DNA from: Mobula hypostoma
Lineage: Eukaryota
Reading direction: 5' to 3'
Assembly (NCBI RefSeq): GCF_963921235.1
Contig: NC_086108.1
Location: forward strand, 46,688,001-46,752,000
Length of the DNA stretch: 64,000 nt
Each line of letters begins with the position of its first letter. The first letter of the stretch is position 1. Below are positions 60,628 to 64,000 of this stretch, one piece after another. The translations under genes were made by a program, and so were the position numbers. The notes under the pieces were generated by a model. It saw only the letters and a list, made by a program, of their open reading frames with translations, ran no database searches and had not been told where the DNA came from.

Positions 60628-63600
60628 CTGGAATTAGGAAATGAATATAAATGAGAATGCAGAAAGTCTCTAATTTGCAGATATTGGAAAAAGTGGGTTT
60701 TTGGTGAGCTATATTTAGCTGACAACTACTCAAACAAAAGGAGATTTCCTCAAACAAACAAATCCTGGAAGCACTTAATACCCAATCTATCCCATTCTTT
60801 AAAATCTGGATTGGTCATAAAGGGTTTAAAAAAATAATTAGAAAAAATGGGACTTGAAAGAGAAAATCCCATTAAACCAAAATATTTTCTAAATTGTACC
60901 CAGATCCTCAAAGTATGTTTAACTACCAAATTATCAGTTAATTTACTTAAGGATAAAGGAAGGGGGGATCCAAGGAGAGAAATGATAGAAAATTTATTAA
61001 CAGTGTTAGCTTCTAAAGAAACCCATATCGGACAGTCCTCACGGTTAACATAATATGACCAAAACGTAAAATTTCGTATATTGACTGCCCAGTAGTAAAA
61101 CCTAAAATTTGGTAAAGCTAAACCTCCATTCTTTTTAGCTTTTTGAAGATGAACTTTGTTTAGTCAAGAATGTTTATTTTTCCATATATAAAAAGATATA
61201 ATAAGAGAGTCAAAAAAGGATTTAGGAATAAAAATGGGTAAGGCTTGAAAATGGTAGATAAATTTACGTAAAATATTCATTTTAATAGAGTTAATTCGGC
61301 CAATCAACAATAATGAGAGGGGCGACCAGTTTGATAGTGCCCTTTTTACATAATTCAGAAGGGTAAAAAAATTTTCTTTAAGTAGCTGTTTATAATTCTG
61401 AGTAATTGTTACACCCAAATAAGTAAATTGATTTCTTACAATTTTAAAAGGAAGGTTAGTATTAATTGATACCAAATTATTCAAAGGAAAAAGTTCATTT
61501 TTATGTAAATTCAGTTTATATCCTGAAAACTGGCTAAAGCAAGAGAGTAAAGAAAGCACAGGAGGTAACTAAGTCTTGACGTTAGAAATAAAAAGTAATA
61601 GGTCATCAGCATAAAGCGAAACTTTATGGATAGTACCTCTCCTTAAAATACCAATAATATCATTAGATTCTCGAAAAGCAATGGCTAAGGGTTCTAAGGC
61701 CAAATCAAAGAGCAAAGGACTCAAGGGACAACCTTGTCTGGTTCCACGTTGAAGTTTAAAAAGGTTGGAATTCTGAAAATTAGTAAGAACCCGAGCAGAG
61801 GGAGATAAATAAAGTAATTTAATCCATTGAATAAAATCGGGCCCAAAATTAAACTTTTCTAAGGTTTTAAATAAATAATTCCATTCAACCCGATCAAAAG
61901 CTTTCTCAGCATCTAAAGATATCACACAGTCTGATATCTCCTTAGAAGGAGAATAAATAACATTTAATAAATGACGAATATTAACGCGGGAATATCGATT
62001 TTTAATAAATCCAGTCTGATCATCAGACATGATAGATGGTAAAATATTTTCAATTCTACGGGCCAAAACTTTGGATAGAATTTTAGTATCAACCTTAAGT
62101 AAGGAAATTGGTCTGTATGAAGAGCATTCATTTGGGTTCTTATTCTTTTTAAGGATAAGTGAAATAGAAGCTTCATAGAAAGACTGTAGCAACTTACCCA
62201 ACTTAAAGGAATCCAAAAAAACTGAACATAAATGAGGTATAAGCAGTAAGGAAAACGCCTTATAAAATTCTGCAGAAAATTCATCAGGACCTGGAGCCTT
62301 CCCCGAGTGCAATGAACATACAGCCTCGGCAATTTCCTCATAAGAAATAGGTTGATCCAACTGTAAATGTAGGAATGTTTAATTGGTCTAAAAAATTATT
62401 CATATTAGTATTATCAGAGGGTCAGAACTATAAAGTTTAGAATAGAATTCTCTAAAGATATCATTTATTTCTGAATGGTCAGTTGTCCTATCACCATTAG
62501 CTTTACAAATTTCTTTAATTCACCTCTTAGCTATAAAGGTTTTTAATTGGTTAGCCTGTAATTTACCTGTTTTGTCTCCATGAATATAAAATTGACTTTT
62601 ATCTTTTATGAGTTGACTTTCAATTGGATAAGTTAAAAGAAGATCATATTTGGTTTGAATTTCAACACGCCTTTTATATAAAGCAGGTTCTGGAGCCAAG
62701 GCATATTTTTGGTCTAATTCTTTCAACTGATTAGCTAACTCAATTCTCCCTTCATTAGCTTTTTTCTTGACACTTGCAGTATATTAAATAATTTGTCCTC
62801 TAATATAGGCCTTAAAAGCATCCCATATAATAAGACTAGAAATCTCTTCCGGTGTATTCTCCTCAAAAAAAAAAGAATAATTTGGCTCTCCAGAAACTTT
62901 AAACAATCCTTATCAGATAGCAAAGTTAGATTAAAGCGCCAATATCTGTTTATTTGAGGAAAACCAGGGAGATTTAAAGATAAAAGCACAGGGGCATGAT
63001 CTGAGACAGCAACCTCTTTATATTCACAAGATCGAACTAATGGGATCATGTGGCTATCAATAAAAAAATAGTCAATCCTGGAATACGTATGGTGGACATG
63101 AGAAAAAAATGAATACTCCCTGTCTAGTGGATATAAGAAATGCCATACATCAACAATACCACATTTCATTAGAAATGATTGAATAAGCAAAGCTGATTTA
63201 TTAAGTGTCGCTGGTGTAAAAGATGACAGATCTAAAGATGGATCTAACCAGCAATTAAAGTCTCTTCCCATCACCAATGAGTAAAGGCTCGAATCTGGCA
63301 AAAACGAAAAAAAAAAATGCTTAAAGAATCCTGGGTTATCTGTATTCGGAGCATACAGATTAGCAAATACCATTAACTTATCATCTACTTTTCCTGACAC
63401 TATGACAAAATGCCCACTAATATCAGACACTACATTATGTTGGACAAAGGGAACTGTATTATCTGTAAAGATCAAAACTCCCCTAGACTTAGCCTGAAGA
63501 GGAATGAAAATGGAGTCCTCTCCATTTACTGAAAAGGCGTAAATTGTCACAATTACATACGTTTGTACATCAGTTTCTTGTAGAAAAATAATTGGAACTG

Positions 63601-64000
63601 TAAGTTTTTCAATATATGCAAAAATCTTATTCCATTTCACAGGACGATTTAATACTTTCACGTTAAGACTAAGTAAGTTAATCGTTTGATCCATTTTTAA
63701 TACTATTTAATAGAAAGGTTAAAGTAATAACCACTGGAATGTATATTAAAACCAAACAATAAACCTTGAAATGTGGTAACCAAGCAAAAGATCTCGCTAA
63801 AAATCCAAAACAGCTTCCAGAAAAAAAAACTTATCCCCCCCCACCCTCCTCCCAAAGTCAGAAAGCCAGCCAAAAGAAAGCCGACAGCTAAATCTAATGA
63901 TGTCACCCTCCCAAAAAACCTACTGGTCGAGCTCCTAATTAGTTTCAAGGTTAACTGCATTCCAATCTAGACAAAACAGTAGACAAAGAAAAAAGACTTA
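60628..64000 (-). mobile_element. L1 LINE, frameshifted ORF2 (endonuclease + RT) from ATG 63694, 3'-truncated at ~60630
   Basis: SLNVKVLN..FLQET, NLYAPN, SRIDYFF, SDHAP, KAPGPD, YRPISLL, AEKAFDRVEW, RQGCPLSP, LYADDLL; no zinc knuckle or poly(A). Confidence 0.95.

Overview
Eukaryotic (vertebrate) genomic DNA, most likely a cartilaginous fish (ray/shark), inferred from the repeat complement; there are no prokaryotic features. The window holds the 3' ends of two convergent genes. On the + strand are the last two exons of podocin (NPHS2; 1476-1554 and 5513-5794, ending ...DSPML*). On the - strand are about 12 C-terminal exons of an AXDND1-like gene running from ~60.6 kb down to a stop codon at 8060; the exon phases join into one reading frame. 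Most of the rest is decayed mobile DNA: Rex1/Babar, CR1, L1, RTE and HERO-like LINEs, Penelope-like elements (PLE), SINEs, Tc1/mariner elements and MITEs, a rearranged Gypsy element and a solo LTR. Most ORFs in the supplied track are fragments of these elements or spurious. Main observations: (1) a family of PLE-borne minimal hammerhead-ribozyme motifs, with a near-intact copy just downstream of the NPHS2 poly(A) signal; (2) an AXDND1 exon whose splice acceptor lies at the end of a 3'-truncated L1 fused in frame to it; (3) duplicated 30/33-nt microexons from an old intragenic duplication; (4) a Gypsy inversion bracketed by a ~135-bp duplication, with a different LTR at the same site in each copy; (5) two twin-primed L1s with target-site duplications (TSDs). 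Comparisons to human proteins are from memory, not from a database search.
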